Origin: Trypanosoma brucei
Lineage: Eukaryota
Assembly: GCA_000002445.1 (NCBI GenBank)
Contig: CH464491.1
Coordinates: 3,648,001-3,712,000 of the forward strand
Reading direction: 5' to 3'
Length of the DNA stretch: 64,000 nucleotides
Below, piece after piece: positions 62,201 to 64,000 of the stretch. Position numbers and translations under genes: made by a program. Position 1 is the stretch's first letter; every line of letters begins with the position of its first letter. Below the pieces are notes generated by a model. That model was not told the DNA's origin and did not search any database. It worked only from the letters and a program-made list of their open reading frames with translations.

Positions 62201-63630
62201 AAGGATCTAACGCCCTGCTCTTTTCCTACGCATGCACCGTGTCGGATCGTACGGATATTACTTTACTTCTTGATGTTCACTCACAGAGACCCATTCCGTT
62301 TCGTATCAAAATATTTCGTGCCGGTGTTGAAGGTCCACCAGTGTTTGTCTCCGAGGAGTGTGTTAACCACCTCTTTGTCCCACACGTTGCTGTGGACGTT
62401 CCTGAAAAGGTGAAAAACGTCGCGTATATTATCGAGGCGTGGTTAGATAAGGAGAAGGTGGAGGAGTGGGAGCGTATGCGTCGTCTGTCTCAGGAGTTAA
62501 AGTTTCTGCTTGCGGCTGAAGCAGCCAGAGTGAAGGCGGAAATGAAGCAACAGAAGGAGCTTCAGGAGTATCATGAGGATCCTCGTGCTTTTAAAGAACG
62601 TCTTTTGAATCAAGAGATGGGACCGGTCGAGAACCTTGTTCCGACTCCTTTAAGGGAACAAATGTCAGTGTCGTCTAAAAAAGGTCGACCATCTGTAGAT
62701 AAGCGCAGGACGCTGAGTAACGCTGCGCCCAGTAGGCAAACGATTGTGAGGACCTCTGTAACACCCTCCACGCCAGCCAGTGCCGTCGCCGTCCACATCG
62801 ATTCTATTGATCCCGAGCTTGTGGTAACTTATGACCTCAGGCTCTATTTTTCCGCAAAAACTGATGTCAAGTGTGTGGCCACTGGTAAGGATCCTCTGAC
62901 GACTATGCGGGGCCTTTGGGTTCCACCAATTGATCCTCTTTTTGGGGAAGCCCCTCCGCTCTCCGGTGGTCGCTCGGGAGGGCAGCGTGGGAAGCAGAAG
63001 GATTCTTCTCCATCTCCTGAAGAATTATACAAGGCGGATCAGGGCCGTTTGAGCCGTCAAAATTTTCTTGAAAATCCCAGGAACCTCCTTTTTCCATATC
63101 TTCCACAGGGTGAAAAGATACGAGGGGTTGAGGAGAGCGCGCCGAACGCATTAGCAAGCACCCCTTCCATAGCGTTAGTGGTTGGGGTAGAGGATGAGCC
63201 CAACTTTTTGCATGCCCCTATTTTGGATGAATCAGCCCATCGTGTTCAACATTTCTCTCTGTACGCTACGGAAGTGGTACCACCAACGCACGGTTCACCA
63301 ACGCAGAGCGCTTCCGGTGTTCCTTTTCTGCGAACTCGGTCCCCCAACGGCCGAATTGCACCGCCAACCTTTGGGAACAATCCGCCTCCGACGGATGATG
63401 ACGCTCTTGCAATTGAACTGAAGACGCCGGTAAACGAAGTGTGTTTGTGGCTTGGTGAGGAACTCAGGCGGCAAGAGGAAAGACGTGCGGAATGCAGAAA
63501 TGGAATAAAAACCCTAATGCGCGAATATTGGGAAACTCGAAAACCCGGAGCCGCAGTACTGGCGCTTCCCCATGCGAGGGAAGATGAGGGCAACAAACGA
63601 CCGAGACCACGCTCGAAGATGTCGAGCTAA
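59260..63630 (+). CDS. Large calpain-like protein (degenerate calpain domain II-like core near the N-terminus, long C-terminal extension)
   Basis: The ORF is 4.5 kb. Residues ~300-400 (NYLWELIHPHAPGTCHPVYNPYGKYVVRLFIDGYFRQVPIDDYLPV...FFSVTAQKEIWPALIAKALFVALG) follow the calpain catalytic-domain pattern. That pattern is: the Q...G(D)CW region, then a 'KYxVRLF.DG.W..V.IDD.LP' block, then 'ELW.ALLEKAYAK'. A Cys occupies the nucleophile position (GTCHP), but the remainder of the triad is not obvious. Trypanosomatids encode many such calpain-like proteins, often catalytically inactive. The ORF track start (59083) lies in pyrimidine-rich leader-like codons; the ATG at 59260 (MSQRSRK...) is proposed as the start. 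Confidence 0.8.
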   Translation: MSQRSRKVPTEGGVLSVNSGSGLAIWNELQIQQENWGGNLGLPAREPGAVVELASTEGKIVVSTDPEQRNIFKECILGLSGSVGDITCTDFEVNWKRPVEIFAPFRPLVHRNVTPFFDPYDTERVIGSRVPAMTSPSRRADSKSSAAAIPLHIQFPEIVTTAEFPTPEAPATESLAFSEEGVVGQYRKVQPLTQAYDVGLELGCAATPAEACGSRYSTDLRRRLNQADAISRLSEPPPFVMDAFNTAIRFVESEQNILTKGNYLWELIHPHAPGTCHPVYNPYGKYVVRLFIDGYFRQVPIDDYLPVDALGRPFFSVTAQKEIWPALIAKALFVALGPNRHLLFTDSEAIIACLLGEWVPQRINPRTQPATACALLLNARKDQLYNDSDATHFSASQVLTPDKDKGVSVSTQEQCNTSPWVDNQINERPASQSKRASRLETSFANGANSPLSYDISVTNVPAVPETPVICAVGVLPHDMRKLYVIHKVVVFRDTLALKISTNPPSSIIEPKELTLDNKDEAVQGLLHHPSCGDLDQRGTGWAASQESAVASSAFWVTFEELAESLDIIIWRQLGQESPFTFNSRITYTDTSSHPRKKGAASAAAAATTVARQTVVRWMHISSKAPEQIAIVNLGGSASCRAASAVIGSPTPSLLAAAHQTPALSMMGSESSQLKALSGEGREVHLDLYRWDRGDVLCRAASFACEPSRLECMLHTVPAGSHVFRVTVVGLEPQEVVGLFSTRNFILGDEKEALRSANIFKMSDAGAHPGVEKPNEEVIWFKHRFAVKEPTIVSFVLSTLESGEELSMYRDMPGASGKESKGVKTRNTNVRLHSKEAAEGSPPRGAHAEIIPYCNVLLVDLDAGTSKRGAVGHLVRQRIEPNQRGYLVMAYALVEADSISFSLKPADLCADSPLEYGSPREKETNGLSPCGDKGPLTPFGVRPHLFSKGWWRLVVLSSVPLDSYRAIPKDTWSFAEKGQLKQGSNALLFSYACTVSDRTDITLLLDVHSQRPIPFRIKIFRAGVEGPPVFVSEECVNHLFVPHVAVDVPEKVKNVAYIIEAWLDKEKVEEWERMRRLSQELKFLLAAEAARVKAEMKQQKELQEYHEDPRAFKERLLNQEMGPVENLVPTPLREQMSVSSKKGRPSVDKRRTLSNAAPSRQTIVRTSVTPSTPASAVAVHIDSIDPELVVTYDLRLYFSAKTDVKCVATGKDPLTTMRGLWVPPIDPLFGEAPPLSGGRSGGQRGKQKDSSPSPEELYKADQGRLSRQNFLENPRNLLFPYLPQGEKIRGVEESAPNALASTPSIALVVGVEDEPNFLHAPILDESAHRVQHFSLYATEVVPPTHGSPTQSASGVPFLRTRSPNGRIAPPTFGNNPPPTDDDALAIELKTPVNEVCLWLGEELRRQEERRAECRNGIKTLMREYWETRKPGAAVLALPHAREDEGNKRPRPRSKMSS

Positions 63631-63732
63631 ATGTATGTGGTTGGGAAAAGTTTACCGATTTGTGACACCTTTTTCCCCTTTTCTTTTTATTTTTAGACCG
63701 GTGGAAGCGTGCCATCGTACAACAGCGTCGCT

Positions 63733-63753
63733 ATTATTATTATTATTATTATT
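63733..63753 (+). repeat. (ATT)7 microsatellite followed by (TG)-rich sequence
   Basis: Seen directly. Confidence 0.95.
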
Positions 63754-64000
63754 TGTGTGTATGTGTGTGCGTAGGTGTGTGCCTGCTTGTTTTTGTTATA
63801 TTCTTCCTTTTTCCCTCCCCGCTAATGTGAACAGCAGGTGACTCGTATACAATGTAATTTAGTGACTCGCGTTCGCACGCATTTCAATTGGAGGTATGTG
63901 AACTTTTTTTTTTGTTCAGCCTCCTTTTTTTTTTGTTGCAGTGCACTCGTTGAGATGATTTGCTCGTGCGTTCATTACGTGTCATAAATATACGTGCATC

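Noticed and set aside
1-64000. Search for prokaryotic-type systems (CRISPR arrays, operonic defence/toxin-antitoxin modules, integrases, IS elements)
   Set aside because: Gene content, unidirectional polycistronic layout, polyY/AG processing signals and protein families (cyclins, RRM proteins, Tudor-SN, E2, calpain-like) are all eukaryotic and kinetoplastid. No direct-repeat/spacer array or transposase-like ORF was seen.

Overview
This 64 kb window reads as a single, entirely plus-strand polycistronic unit of a trypanosomatid nuclear genome. There are no introns. Long pyrimidine- or purine-rich intergenic regions carry many microsatellites, and polypyrimidine tracts sit upstream of the ORFs. 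Every credible gene is on the + strand, and the minus-strand ORFs in the track are antisense or low-complexity artefacts. The tandem pair of near-identical RNA-binding proteins at 1926-2714 and 4003-4842 differs by an 18-residue insert near the N-terminus. I recognise this as the p34/p37 (NRBD1/NRBD2) hallmark of Trypanosoma brucei, so the window is most likely from T. brucei or a very close relative. This species call comes from memory of the literature, not from a search.

Gene content, 5' to 3':
- GDP-L-fucose synthase
- p34-like RBP
- Sfp-type phosphopantetheinyl transferase
- p37-like RBP
- a transcription-type cyclin
- a 1248-aa hypothetical protein
- a small SPRY-domain protein
- a 433-aa hypothetical protein
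- a 1195-aa two-transmembrane STE-like protein kinase with a cyclase-homology-like middle domain
- a PHO80-like cyclin
- two paralogous PTB/hnRNP-L-like RRM proteins, the second resembling DRBD4/PTB2
- a Cys-motif hypothetical protein
- phenylalanyl-tRNA synthetase alpha
- ribosomal protein L18a
- ethanolamine-phosphate cytidylyltransferase
- a 219-aa hypothetical protein
- a PME-1-like alpha/beta hydrolase
- a GMC-type FAD oxidoreductase
- a HEAT/TOG-like protein
- Tudor-SN
- a UBC7-like E2 with a UBA-like tail
- a large calpain-like protein

No prokaryotic-style defence or mobile system, no CRISPR array, and no tRNA or rRNA genes are visible. The most unusual features are:
- the concerted-evolution signature of the p34/p37 pair, with an unrelated gene interleaved between the copies;
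- the clustering of regulatory genes (RBPs, cyclins, a kinase) flanked by 2.5-4.9 kb ORF-free regions, in contrast to the compact housekeeping block;
- the predicted receptor-like kinase architecture;
- the hybrid E2.

All functional calls rest on motif-level recognition by eye. No database searches were run.
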